Part shown: one piece after another, positions 1 through 8,809 of the stretch
How the letters are laid out: each line of letters begins with the position of its first letter
How positions within the stretch are numbered: the first letter of the stretch is position 1
DNA from: a virus
Taxonomy: Duplodnaviria; Heunggongvirae; Uroviricota; Caudoviricetes
DNA length: 64,000 nt
Direction: 5' to 3' (one strand)
Virus record (IMG/VR): IMGVR_UViG_3300033121_000823
Location: 19,348 to 83,347 of that record
Position numbers and translations under genes: made by a program
The notes under the pieces: model-generated
Seen by the model: only the letters and a program-made list of their open reading frames with translations
Told to the model about the DNA's origin: nothing
The model's database searches: none

Positions 1-275
1 TCAATTATTTCAGTTGCAAACGCCGTTAATTCACCATTCATATCGCTCTCATGGAAGGCATATGTTTTATATCCTAAGTTTTGGACATATACAAGAGCCT
101 TCCTAAGTTTTTCTTCCGTCTTTTCACCAAACATAATGATGTATGGATGAACGTCGTAGGTTTGGTCATTCATGACTTCAACTATAGCATGTCCAGCCTG
201 GACAGCTTGTTGTGGCCCCGATAAATCTCTTCTTACGAATACGTATAATGTTGGTTTGTGCTAACATTCTGACAT
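1..275 (-). CDS. PTH2-like peptidyl-tRNA hydrolase, partial (runs off the window start); in-frame TAG at codon 5 (+261..263)
   Basis: Minus-strand RBS GAGGTG then ATG at 275..273, codons M-S-E-C-TAG. The frame then continues HKPTLYVFVRRDLSGPQQAVQAGHAIVEVMNDQ..., which matches the PTH2 motif VVRxDLxMGxGKxAAQxxHA and has no alternative start before that motif. Confidence 0.45.
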
Positions 276-286
276 AGAATTTCACC

Positions 287-607
287 TCATTTAAGATATA
301 TCTTTAAATCCTCTAATTCTTCATCTGTTAATGTTTTCAATAGTTGAAGGATTCGTTTGTCCTTGTCTGATTCTATATAGTCAATTTTAATTGGTGTTGC
401 AACATAGTTGTCTAATAAATATACTACACCGTCAACTTCTACTACTTTTCTAGCTTCTACCGGAGCAAGTCCACAAAAATATCCCTTCCCCTTAGAAAAG
501 AATTCTGCATCCTTCTTAGTAGAGAAGAAATGTGTAGGAATTCCCCTACTTCTATCATTCTCTTTTGTATATACGGCGTAAACTATTTTTATTTCATGAT
601 ACATCAT
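287..607 (-). CDS. hypothetical protein
   Basis: 106 aa ORF, TGA stop, tightly packed with neighbours. Confidence 0.5.
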   Translation of the reverse strand: MMYHEIKIVYAVYTKENDRSRGIPTHFFSTKKDAEFFSKGKGYFCGLAPVEARKVVEVDGVVYLLDNYVATPIKIDYIESDKDKRILQLLKTLTDEELEDLKIYLK

Positions 608-1485
608 AAATCCTTTAGGAAAGCATACTTAGCATATTCAAAATCTATATTAGTTAGGACGGAATTGTAGTTAGTATAATCATACTTAGTTGTATATTCA
701 TTATTAGATACTCTATCTGGCGTAGCTTGAATAAAATCTGCATAATATTCTTGAGTAATTGAATACATAGCATGTGTAGGATTCCTAAATATCATAGCTG
801 CTAACAAATCATGCATCTTCTTACTAGCATGTTTAGCGAAGTATAGTTGCAGGAAGTCTAATAAAAGAAATCCGGCCCTACTTTGTAGGTCGTATAACCA
901 TAAATCTTCCTTCGTAAATTCAAAGGCGTGACATACGTTCTTCCCAACATATCTCTTAAACGCCGTCGTATTAAACATCCAATCGGCCGCGCTATGGTCT
1001 CCATTAAAGTTAAATGTTGGCATTGATTCTTTACCGACAAACTTTTCAAGTTTTATGGATGGAGTTGCAATCGAGTATGGACAGAATCCGCCCTGTATTA
1101 CAACATCGGCCATAAGATGTTCTTTCCCGCCGAATAATTCGCGAAGATTAGTCATTGGCCCGATACTGAGCACGCGGCACATATCATTAATAGTTATTTC
1201 GCCGTCATCTTGGCAAGATAGGTCCGCCCCATACATCTTTAAAAGTTTATAGTGAGTCCCGCCGCTACTACTTTTACCTATCCTTTTTTCTCTATTACCC
1301 TTTGGAATCTTTATATGGAAGTTTAGTCCAAAGTACGTTCGTACAAAGTCGGCGATAGCAATTTGGTCTGTATCACCTGGTGTAATACATACTACATTTG
1401 GAGCTAATCCCTTGTGGATTAGGTATAATAATGCTATTAAGTCATCCGGGTCTCTACCTATGTCAGTTTCAAGTACTATCTTCAT
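604..1485 (-). CDS. nucleoside hydrolase (IU-NH family)-like protein
   Basis: N-terminal METDIGRDPDDLIAL resembles the IUNH aspartate cluster DxDxxxDD; 293 aa. Confidence 0.55.
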   Translation of the reverse strand: MKIVLETDIGRDPDDLIALLYLIHKGLAPNVVCITPGDTDQIAIADFVRTYFGLNFHIKIPKGNREKRIGKSSSGGTHYKLLKMYGADLSCQDDGEITINDMCRVLSIGPMTNLRELFGGKEHLMADVVIQGGFCPYSIATPSIKLEKFVGKESMPTFNFNGDHSAADWMFNTTAFKRYVGKNVCHAFEFTKEDLWLYDLQSRAGFLLLDFLQLYFAKHASKKMHDLLAAMIFRNPTHAMYSITQEYYADFIQATPDRVSNNEYTTKYDYTNYNSVLTNIDFEYAKYAFLKDL

Positions 1486-1802
1486 ATTAATCCAAGTACT
1501 TTCTTCTCCTCTTCAGTAAGCTTAGCTAGAGCCTTTTCTCTAATAAGAGATGTTGGATTAAACGTATCCAATTCTACAATTCCAACTACCTCGTGGTATA
1601 GATTATCTACTTTTAGTAAATTGACCTTTACTATGCTACCACAACCGATTATTGGTGAATTGTCAAGAAGTAGTGTTTGGTAATCAGACGCCAACTGCTC
1701 TTTTGAGAAGTAAAAGTATCTTCTTTCTGTCATATTATAGATTTTATATGCAGTTAGATACTTAATCACCTTAAGCTTTGGGGGGTTTACTGTCGCCATC
1801 AT
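1482..1802 (-). CDS. hypothetical protein
   Basis: 106 aa ORF overlapping neighbours by 4 nt, operon-like. Confidence 0.4.
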   Translation of the reverse strand: MMATVNPPKLKVIKYLTAYKIYNMTERRYFYFSKEQLASDYQTLLLDNSPIIGCGSIVKVNLLKVDNLYHEVVGIVELDTFNPTSLIREKALAKLTEEEKKVLGLI

Positions 1803-2019
1803 CTAATAACCTCGTCTTTTCTACCTTAATTTCATCAATTGGAATGTCGTGAATAATGTCAACACTGCCTGGACCTGTTAAGCCCCATACTTCAGCGGTA
1901 ACCGTTCCATCTTTCTTTTCTATTACTTGGCCGGTTGCAGGATAGCCTCTAGTGTTAAATACTGATTTAAAACTTATTAGGGAACCTTTCATATGGATTC
2001 TCCTCTTAATGAAATACAA
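1771..2019 (-). CDS. hypothetical protein
   Basis: 82 aa ORF. Confidence 0.3.
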   Translation of the reverse strand: MYFIKRRIHMKGSLISFKSVFNTRGYPATGQVIEKKDGTVTAEVWGLTGPGSVDIIHDIPIDEIKVEKTRLLDDGDSKPPKA

Positions 2020-2447
2020 ATTTTATCTTTGACCTGCACTTTATAAACTACTTCCTGTGCCGATGACTGAAACTTAACATCCATACTTTTATTAACTTCA
2101 TCATATGATAGGAATTCTAAAACTATCTTATCAAAAACTGGTTGTACATCTATTAAGGCATCGAATTCTGGAGTTCTTCTGTATGGAGAACATTTATCAA
2201 TTGCCGCACAACATCTACGTAATGATACGGCAAGCGGTCCACTTAAGTTTTCAATAAACGCGTTACGCGCTGCAATCCTGTATAAATCATGAGCATACAT
2301 TCTATCCGTAAGGTAGGATAAACCTAAAGCCTCAAATAACTTAAGTTCTTTTTCTGAATAGTCAGTTTTATAGTCCATTATATTATTAACTTCTTCATAT
2401 ACATTCATCATATCTAGAACGGAATGCTCTATAAGAGCAAGTTTCAT
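1989..2447 (-). CDS. hypothetical protein
   Basis: 152 aa ORF. Confidence 0.4.
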   Translation of the reverse strand: MKLALIEHSVLDMMNVYEEVNNIMDYKTDYSEKELKLFEALGLSYLTDRMYAHDLYRIAARNAFIENLSGPLAVSLRRCCAAIDKCSPYRRTPEFDALIDVQPVFDKIVLEFLSYDEVNKSMDVKFQSSAQEVVYKVQVKDKICISLRGESI

Positions 2448-2761
2448 CTTGGTAAGCCTCTTTGGCGATTCATCTTATTTACTATTTCTTCAATTAATAG
2501 ATGGTGTGGCGTATCCACTACAATTTCCTCAATATCAAACCGTTTAAGCCATCGACCATCTTTAGTTTCTTCATAGGTGTATGAAAGGATATTTCCTCCG
2601 GTTCCTTCAAGCGGACCACATAATTGTGTAAACTTCTTTATATTTATTCCTAGACTCTTCTCTACCTCTTTCAAGGAAGAAAAGACGCCTAGCATCAATT
2701 CATCAATAAATAACTTGTAAGTATCCACTACTTCCAAATGTGTCAGTACGTAAACTGTCAT
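2444..2761 (-). CDS. hypothetical protein
   Basis: 105 aa ORF, 4-nt overlap coupling. Confidence 0.4.
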   Translation of the reverse strand: MTVYVLTHLEVVDTYKLFIDELMLGVFSSLKEVEKSLGINIKKFTQLCGPLEGTGGNILSYTYEETKDGRWLKRFDIEEIVVDTPHHLLIEEIVNKMNRQRGLPR

Positions 2762-3072
2762 ACTAGGATTCCATCCTTATATAAGTAGAAACTATGAGGA
2801 CGTCCACAACATTCACATCCTTCATCTTCAGAATTTTGTCCAGTAATTTCTTCCCATTCTGCAATAGCTTCTTCTAAGGATAGTCCTTCTCTAGTAGCTT
2901 CTTTGGCTAGAGCGCCTAGCCATCGTCCATCTTCACACTTCCAATATTTAACGTAATGTTCATCTTCACGTATCCACTTTACTTTCCATCCGGCAGATTC
3001 TAAATTTTTCCAATCATCATCGGAAAGCCACCAGTCTCCACCGCTATTATTACTTGAATATTCCACTATCAT
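2758..3072 (-). CDS. hypothetical protein
   Basis: 104 aa ORF. Confidence 0.4.
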   Translation of the reverse strand: MIVEYSSNNSGGDWWLSDDDWKNLESAGWKVKWIREDEHYVKYWKCEDGRWLGALAKEATREGLSLEEAIAEWEEITGQNSEDEGCECCGRPHSFYLYKDGILV

Positions 3073-3348
3073 TTACAAACTCCTTAACTTTCTTAAGAAA
3101 GTGCTCTTTAGAACAATGAAATGCTTCCAAAAGTAGAAAGCCATATACACTACGCCAAATGGTGCAAATATCATTACTAGTGGTATACAACATACCATAA
3201 GCATAGCACCAACATTACATGAAAGTTTAATTGGTAAGTCGTCCGTAAGATAGTCTACTACATCTGACGCTAGACATATAAGCGTCATCATACCAACGAA
3301 GTAAAATAGTGCTACAAAAATAGTTACTAATGTTATAATAATTGCCAT
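3073..3348 (-). CDS. small membrane protein
   Basis: 91 aa with two or three hydrophobic helices. Confidence 0.45.
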   Translation of the reverse strand: MAIIITLVTIFVALFYFVGMMTLICLASDVVDYLTDDLPIKLSCNVGAMLMVCCIPLVMIFAPFGVVYMAFYFWKHFIVLKSTFLRKLRSL

Positions 3349-3349
3349 A

Positions 3350-3538
3350 CTATTTTAAAACCTTTTCGACGTAAAATTTAAGTGATGCATGTGCTTCCTC
3401 TTTAGATGTAAACACATGAAGTGCTCCTAACATACCAGTTTCATCAAACCACACGTATCCATCTTTATCACACATATAATCCTCTATTCTTTCCCCAACT
3501 TTTACCTTATATACATGAGGTAATTCTGCCTTTTCCAT
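3350..3538 (-). CDS. hypothetical protein (TAG stop)
   Basis: 62 aa ORF; stop is TAG at 3350..3352. Confidence 0.4.
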   Translation of the reverse strand: MEKAELPHVYKVKVGERIEDYMCDKDGYVWFDETGMLGALHVFTSKEEAHASLKFYVEKVLK

Positions 3539-3822
3539 TGTTAATCTCCAACATTACATTCTTAAATTTGAGTGAACCCTTCGTATGAGGGTTATTCGGT
3601 GTTTGTTTAGTAGAGAAAGAAACATTGGCGAATTCTACTTCTTCCAAGTAAAATGTTTCGCCGCCCGTCTTAACTACCCACATAGGGATTGTCGGGTCTT
3701 CTAAGTGTTTCTTGTTAAAGTGAAATACTAGTTCTTTGCAGTGCTAGAGCATTTAAAAATCCATATTGTTAGAGGAGTGAATTCAACTGTAGGTTATACC
3801 AATTAATATAACATCATACGAG

Positions 3823-4218
3823 TTACCACTTTACATGTATGAATGGATAGCCATATCCGGTATCAATACTAACAGTAAAGTTACCTCTATCTTTTAGATA
3901 GATTGCTACTTTATCAACTATAAGTTGCTGCTCTTCTTTTGATATAAAAGAACGACCCGTTTCTGATAAGTCTATACAACTTTCTCTGTGACCACACTTT
4001 GCACTCTTATATAATGCAGTATCTATTTGTGACATTACATATTGAAGAGATTTGCTAAATCTTTCAGTATTATGAGAGTCGGCAATACTTAATAAATCTT
4101 TATCTTTTAAGTTACTAATCATATGCCTAGTTTCCACATTTTTCACATGATACACATATAGTGCATACGATATACCGATACCGACCGAACAACCACAGAA
4201 AAATCCAACTATTACCAT
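3823..4218 (-). CDS. hypothetical membrane-anchored protein
   Basis: 131 aa with N-terminal hydrophobic segment. Confidence 0.4.
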   Translation of the reverse strand: MVIVGFFCGCSVGIGISYALYVYHVKNVETRHMISNLKDKDLLSIADSHNTERFSKSLQYVMSQIDTALYKSAKCGHRESCIDLSETGRSFISKEEQQLIVDKVAIYLKDRGNFTVSIDTGYGYPFIHVKW

Positions 4219-4293
4219 TATTTATTCTCCTCAAAATATTTTACAGTGGCCTGTACAGTTTCCTTAGTATTATACTATCTATCGACCACCGTG

Positions 4294-4623
4294 TCAAGGG
4301 GTCTTTTTCTTTAATAGGCCCTCTTTTTCTATGAAAGAACGGAGGGACTCGCCGTCCAAATATAAGTCTCCGACAATCCTGTTAAAACTGTTGATGTCCA
4401 TTAAGTTTACAGGGTCGTTAGATGGGATAAAAGCTATTACTTCCTTAGCATTCATTACTTTATCCATGACTATTTTTTGAACCGTCTTACCCTCTGGGGT
4501 TGATAGTTCTGGCGTATCTACGCCGCGAATTCTAATAGAAAATTCCCTAGTAATCAATACTTTTATAGTATCTCCATCATGTACGGATATTGGATGAACT
4601 TTAAGTGCTATTCCCAGTTCCAT
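4294..4623 (-). CDS. SNase-like thermonuclease
   Basis: HDGDTIKV ... IRIRGVDTPE matches the staphylococcal nuclease motif GDT..(V/I)RL.GIDAPE. Confidence 0.55.
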   Translation of the reverse strand: MELGIALKVHPISVHDGDTIKVLITREFSIRIRGVDTPELSTPEGKTVQKIVMDKVMNAKEVIAFIPSNDPVNLMDINSFNRIVGDLYLDGESLRSFIEKEGLLKKKTP

Positions 4624-4852
4624 TTAGTTTTTCCCCTAGCTTAAATAAGTAGTTACATGCTTTAGCCGCTTCCACAATCTCTTCATTCGTTAGCTCGATG
4701 AGTAATTCCTCTTTAAAGATTGAGGCGACCTTTTGAACTTCCTCTAAGGAAGCCCAGTTGATGTCGCCCAAGAATGTTTTCCCGGCGGCCCTCATAGCTA
4801 ACGCATCTTTATACGTTTGGATGGCCATCATTTCTACATTAGAATTCTGCAT
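4601..4852 (-). CDS. possible small MazG-like NTP pyrophosphohydrolase
   Basis: 83 aa with EE-rich helices (LEEVQKVASIFKEELL, NEEIVEAAK); weak resemblance to dimeric MazG. Confidence 0.25.
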   Translation of the reverse strand: MQNSNVEMMAIQTYKDALAMRAAGKTFLGDINWASLEEVQKVASIFKEELLIELTNEEIVEAAKACNYLFKLGEKLNGTGNST

Positions 4853-5321
4853 TATCCAACACCAATTCCAAGTATGAACGAGCCATTAAATATAGTTTTC
4901 TTTTATTACCTGTAACAGTTTCCAAGTTATGGTTTAAATCGGCAATCTTTACAAGTATTGCGTATGTATCTACGGATAATCTTTCAATATACTTGTGATA
5001 TTCCTCATCTGGAAAGTGAGTCATACTTTTAACTGCACCACCAATAACCACTCCAAACTTATCATAGATTTCATCTATGGTAGTTGGTGTATCCTCGACG
5101 ATGTCGTGGAGAAGTCCAACAATACTAACGATTTCCTTAGTACGTTGATAGAAGGCTAGTTCCTGAGCATCTTGGCTTACCCTAACCAAGTGAGTCGAAA
5201 AACAATCCGACCCGTCCCATCTTTTTTGTCCCTTATGACGTTCCTTCGCCAAGGCATATGCCTTAGCGTATAATTCTTTATATTCCACTTTACATTTCCT
5301 TATTAAATGATGACCAACCAA
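4839..5321 (-). CDS. HD-domain (p)ppGpp hydrolase (SpoT/Mesh1-like)
   Basis: HKGQKR...THL and LLHDIVEDT are hallmark RelA/SpoT HD hydrolase motifs. Confidence 0.65.
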   Translation of the reverse strand: MVGHHLIRKCKVEYKELYAKAYALAKERHKGQKRWDGSDCFSTHLVRVSQDAQELAFYQRTKEIVSIVGLLHDIVEDTPTTIDEIYDKFGVVIGGAVKSMTHFPDEEYHKYIERLSVDTYAILVKIADLNHNLETVTGNKRKLYLMARSYLELVLDNAEF

Positions 5322-5676
5322 ATACTCGAACTGCCAAATACATCATATAGCGTTTCCATAGAGGAACCTTTAATGTTCGCATAGCATCTAAAAAGATGGC
5401 ATCTGCCAAAATTCTACTAAACTTGCAGCGTTTACGATACATATAATCGTGGATTACTGCGGCCTTGCCGTGTTGTCCATCTGGCTGAAATATAAACCAT
5501 AAAAAGCGTGGAACGCTAGCAAAGTCTGTATAGAACCCTGCTGGCACATCAATATAGATTCCAGAACCCTTTCCACCAACTTCATATGAAAACTTTTCCA
5601 ATACCTTGTAGATTGGACGCCCGCTAACTGTTTTTTCCGTTGCCTCAATACGTAACGGTGACTCAAAAGTACCCAT
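5290..5676 (-). CDS. DUF1353-family protein
   Basis: YTDFASVPRF ... HDYMYR pattern typical of DUF1353. Confidence 0.45.
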   Translation of the reverse strand: MGTFESPLRIEATEKTVSGRPIYKVLEKFSYEVGGKGSGIYIDVPAGFYTDFASVPRFLWFIFQPDGQHGKAAVIHDYMYRKRCKFSRILADAIFLDAMRTLKVPLWKRYMMYLAVRVFGWSSFNKEM

Positions 5677-5961
5677 TGGGAACTCCCCTTATTTGTATCC
5701 TTTTAAGTCCTTCCTATTTTTTAGATAGCCTCATAGCCGCGATTCTGCTTCTAAAATTACATTTATCTACGAATAAAATTCGTGGGCTAGTATTATCTAT
5801 TCCCTGCCATAACCCGTTCTCATAGGACAACCGACATCCTCGAACTGTTTATGTTGCTACTTCTGAGGTGTACGGCATTTAGCCTCCCTCATTAGGTTGT
5901 GTAGTCGCGAACTTAGCTCTAGAACACTCCAGCGTAATTTCGAGCTATCTACTTATTATAT

Positions 5962-6504
5962 TCACCCAAATACAGTTCTTCTAATTGTTTTGGATACTTC
6001 ATCTATCGAGGAAGTTGTCATATTTTCTTTTGGAATTAGGTCAATATAGTGAACTTTTAAATCAAGAAGAAGTTTCTCAATTTTCTCATGAATTTCATCA
6101 GCTTCTTTTTTAGTTTGATTTCTACCAACCGATTTATATTCCCATGTTCTATGTAATAGAAAGTTGTAATTATTATGTTTAATAAAGATATCTTTCACCG
6201 CTTGTCTAAATGATAGAGGCCACTCCTCTTTGGTGTATATTAAAGAGAGGAGAAGAGGAGAATCAGTAATTATAACATCTACTTTGCCAATAAGTCTTTC
6301 TATTTTATGTAATTGTTTACCAAAAATGTAAGGTTGGACCCGTAGGTCTTCATGCCTCTTTGACCAAGTAAGGTCTTTAGCATATTCAGTTACAAGTTCA
6401 CAGTTATATCCTTGTACTTTTAAGTCTGATGTCAGTCTCATAGCGACTGTAGACTTACCACTACAAGGAGCGCCAAACAGGTTAATTACCTTAGAAAGAC
6501 TCAT
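5962..6504 (-). CDS. P-loop nucleoside/nucleotide kinase (AAA_28/NadR-kinase-like)
   Basis: Walker A GAPCSGKST, 180 aa; could be a nicotinamide riboside kinase-like enzyme. Confidence 0.45.
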   Translation of the reverse strand: MSLSKVINLFGAPCSGKSTVAMRLTSDLKVQGYNCELVTEYAKDLTWSKRHEDLRVQPYIFGKQLHKIERLIGKVDVIITDSPLLLSLIYTKEEWPLSFRQAVKDIFIKHNNYNFLLHRTWEYKSVGRNQTKKEADEIHEKIEKLLLDLKVHYIDLIPKENMTTSSIDEVSKTIRRTVFG

Positions 6505-6506
6505 TT

Positions 6507-7181
6507 ATGGAATTCCTCCACGGAATAAAAGATATATTAGTTGGGATATTCGGTCCTACAGCCGTCAGTATACTTTTCGTAAGTATAGGGCTCATAATAC
6601 TTTACAAATTCTTGAAGCCAATACTTATATCTATCTGCTCTACAGCATGTAGTTTGAAAAACCGCTTCGTAAATTTACTATCCATTACTGAACAATTCCA
6701 GAACAATCATGGGTCATCCATGAGAGATGCTATTGACGCAATTCATAGCAATGTAATTGACATTAAGAGGGATATAAAAATAATTGACGGCCGAACTACT
6801 ACTATTATGAGTATTATTGGCGACAACCAAATGTCTGTAGGCATGTATGAAACAGATAAGCATGGTAACTGTATCTTCGTTAACGGACGGTGGACAGAAA
6901 TTACTGGAATGTCGATTGATGATGCCCAATCATATGGATGGGTAAATTCTATACATCCAGACGATAGAGAAAAGGTACAAGAAAATTGGGATTATGCTCT
7001 TAGACACTCATCTAAATTCGATATGATTTATTCTATAATAAACATTAAGACACAGAAAACTACCAAAGTCAGAGGATATGCACTACCAATAAAAAGTACC
7101 GACAATTCAGTTATAAGATTTGTCGGCGCTTTAATAGTTATGTCTTGTACTGTATGTCCAGTACATAAGACTACTGGATAA
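6507..7181 (+). CDS. membrane-anchored PAS-domain protein
   Basis: Two N-terminal TM helices then a PAS-like core (GMYETDKHGNCIFVNGRWTEITG ... WVNSIHPDDREKVQENW); only sizeable plus-strand gene in the first 18 kb. Confidence 0.5.
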   Translation: MEFLHGIKDILVGIFGPTAVSILFVSIGLIILYKFLKPILISICSTACSLKNRFVNLLSITEQFQNNHGSSMRDAIDAIHSNVIDIKRDIKIIDGRTTTIMSIIGDNQMSVGMYETDKHGNCIFVNGRWTEITGMSIDDAQSYGWVNSIHPDDREKVQENWDYALRHSSKFDMIYSIINIKTQKTTKVRGYALPIKSTDNSVIRFVGALIVMSCTVCPVHKTTG

Positions 7182-8385
7182 TTCGCTTGTCCTGACCTTC
7201 CAAAATATATCTTGGGCGACCAGAGAAATCAGTAAACTGAGTTGATGGTGGAATGTCCATATGATTTAGGATTGTACTTAGTAAGTTTACTGGGTAATAT
7301 GGTTGTCCCTTTATTTCAAAGGCATTTCTATCCATTTCACCGATTACACCACCAGTGTATTTTCCACCAGCTAACAGTAAAGGCACGTTTTTTGCCCAAT
7401 GGTCGCGGCCAGCATCCTGGTTGATTGGCGTTCTTCCAAACTCAGTAGAAACGACTACCATAGTAGTCTCTAGCAATCCACGTTCCTTCAACTCGTTGAT
7501 GAGGGTAGATAATGCCTTGTCTACCTCTGGGACTAACCGTTCCATTCCATCTTTTATATTGGAATGCATATCCCAACCGCCGTGTGTAACCGTAATAAAG
7601 CGGGAACCTCGTTCTACTAACCTTCGAGCCAGCAACAAGTTACGTCCAACATCAGTATTGCCGTACGCGAAACGTACATTCTCAGACTCCGCTTCAATCT
7701 TAAAAGCTTCCGATGAAGACCCGAACATAATATCAAAAGCTTGCTTTTTATGTTCATCGACAATCTTCAATCCGTTAATAGAAGAAAAGTTAGTGTCTAA
7801 ACTTTTTAAGACTTGGTGCCGCTGAGTAAAGCGTTCTACCGGAATATTTATGGCGAGATTCTTTTTACCTTCCGAATCTATTGTGAAGGGGTTATTTTGG
7901 GCACCTAGATAGGCCGCGTATAGGCCAGTCATACGCGAATTAGATACATAGTTTGGAATGCCATCGCGGCCGTTCGCCCCATACATCTTATTCACAACAC
8001 TTCCATATGAAGGATGTGTTTGGGCCGCCCCTTGATTTTCATCATTAAAGTTATAACCCGTTGATACCCATACACTTCCGCCTTGATGGCCAGCATTTTG
8101 GTGGCTAAAATTGTGGACTAACGTATAATCGTTGAATTGACTAAGATTATTCCATACGCCGCCCAAATATCTTCCATCTTTTGTTTTAACGTATCCATTT
8201 ACGCTCTTATAGCGGTCAATAGCATCTGGACTAGCATTAAAACTTTCAGCGTGGGACATACCACCAGCTAGAAATAGGAAAATGATACTTTTTTGGTGGT
8301 CTTTAGTGGCCGAGCCGACTAAATTGGGTAATCCAACCGCACTTAGCCCAAGTGCTCCACTTTGTAGGAATGTTCTTCTTAGCAT
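7171..8385 (-). CDS. DUF1501-family protein with twin-arginine signal
   Basis: N-terminal MLRRTFLQSGALGL is a TAT motif; FLAGGMSHAESF and C-terminal TEFGRTP...GRDHW...LAGG match DUF1501 hallmarks. Confidence 0.7.
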   Translation of the reverse strand: MLRRTFLQSGALGLSAVGLPNLVGSATKDHQKSIIFLFLAGGMSHAESFNASPDAIDRYKSVNGYVKTKDGRYLGGVWNNLSQFNDYTLVHNFSHQNAGHQGGSVWVSTGYNFNDENQGAAQTHPSYGSVVNKMYGANGRDGIPNYVSNSRMTGLYAAYLGAQNNPFTIDSEGKKNLAINIPVERFTQRHQVLKSLDTNFSSINGLKIVDEHKKQAFDIMFGSSSEAFKIEAESENVRFAYGNTDVGRNLLLARRLVERGSRFITVTHGGWDMHSNIKDGMERLVPEVDKALSTLINELKERGLLETTMVVVSTEFGRTPINQDAGRDHWAKNVPLLLAGGKYTGGVIGEMDRNAFEIKGQPYYPVNLLSTILNHMDIPPSTQFTDFSGRPRYILEGQDKRIIQ

Positions 8386-8424
8386 CTCTTATTTCTCCTA
8401 TACATTTTTTCTTCTATTAACTGA

Positions 8425-8516
8425 TGGCGGATATTTTCGGAATTGAACCGAACCCGGATTTTACTCGCGGACAGCTTAGCAGACTGTTGTAACGAACCAA
8501 TAGTTACCTAATATCC
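8425..8516 (-). tRNA. tRNA-Ser(GCU), type II, CCA encoded
   Basis: Acceptor GGATATT/AATATCC, T-arm TTCGG-TTCAATT-CCGAA, anticodon stem ACAGT/GCTGT with loop CTGCTAA, long variable arm. Confidence 0.55.
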
Positions 8517-8533
8517 CTACGTAATAATACGCC

Positions 8534-8809
8534 TTATTGATGGTCATTATCTCTTGGGTCAAAAGATGGTTTTATCTTTTTATATTCAATTGGTTTGAAT
8601 TCTGATAGACTATCTATTTTCCAAACAAGAGTACGAATCTTACACTTCTTACATTCATAAAATCGTAGATGTTGGAACATTAGAATTGGAGCTATTGTTT
8701 CCTCCTCATTGAGGACACGTACTATTCCACACTTACATTTACATATGTATTTTTCGGTTATCTTACGCATCTTTTCCCCTAGAGCAAAGCATACATACCA
8801 TTCCATCAA
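8534..8809 (-). CDS. hypothetical Cys-rich protein
   Basis: 91 aa with CKCKC and CKKCK motifs. Confidence 0.35.
   Translation of the reverse strand: MMEWYVCFALGEKMRKITEKYICKCKCGIVRVLNEEETIAPILMFQHLRFYECKKCKIRTLVWKIDSLSEFKPIEYKKIKPSFDPRDNDHQ

Noticed and set aside
4839-5321. HD-domain protein considered as DatZ (dATPase of Z-genome phages)
   Set aside because: Its motifs (HxxQxR, LLHDIVEDT) are those of RelA/SpoT alarmone hydrolases rather than DatZ.
7242-7825. Plus-strand ORFs 7242..7424 and 7355..7825 overlapping the DUF1501 gene
   Set aside because: They lie entirely antisense to a well-supported minus-strand gene with clear family motifs, so they are likely spurious. The same applies to 28231..28725, 35214..35423, 43170..43829, 45077..45340, 53188..53840 and similar antisense ORFs.
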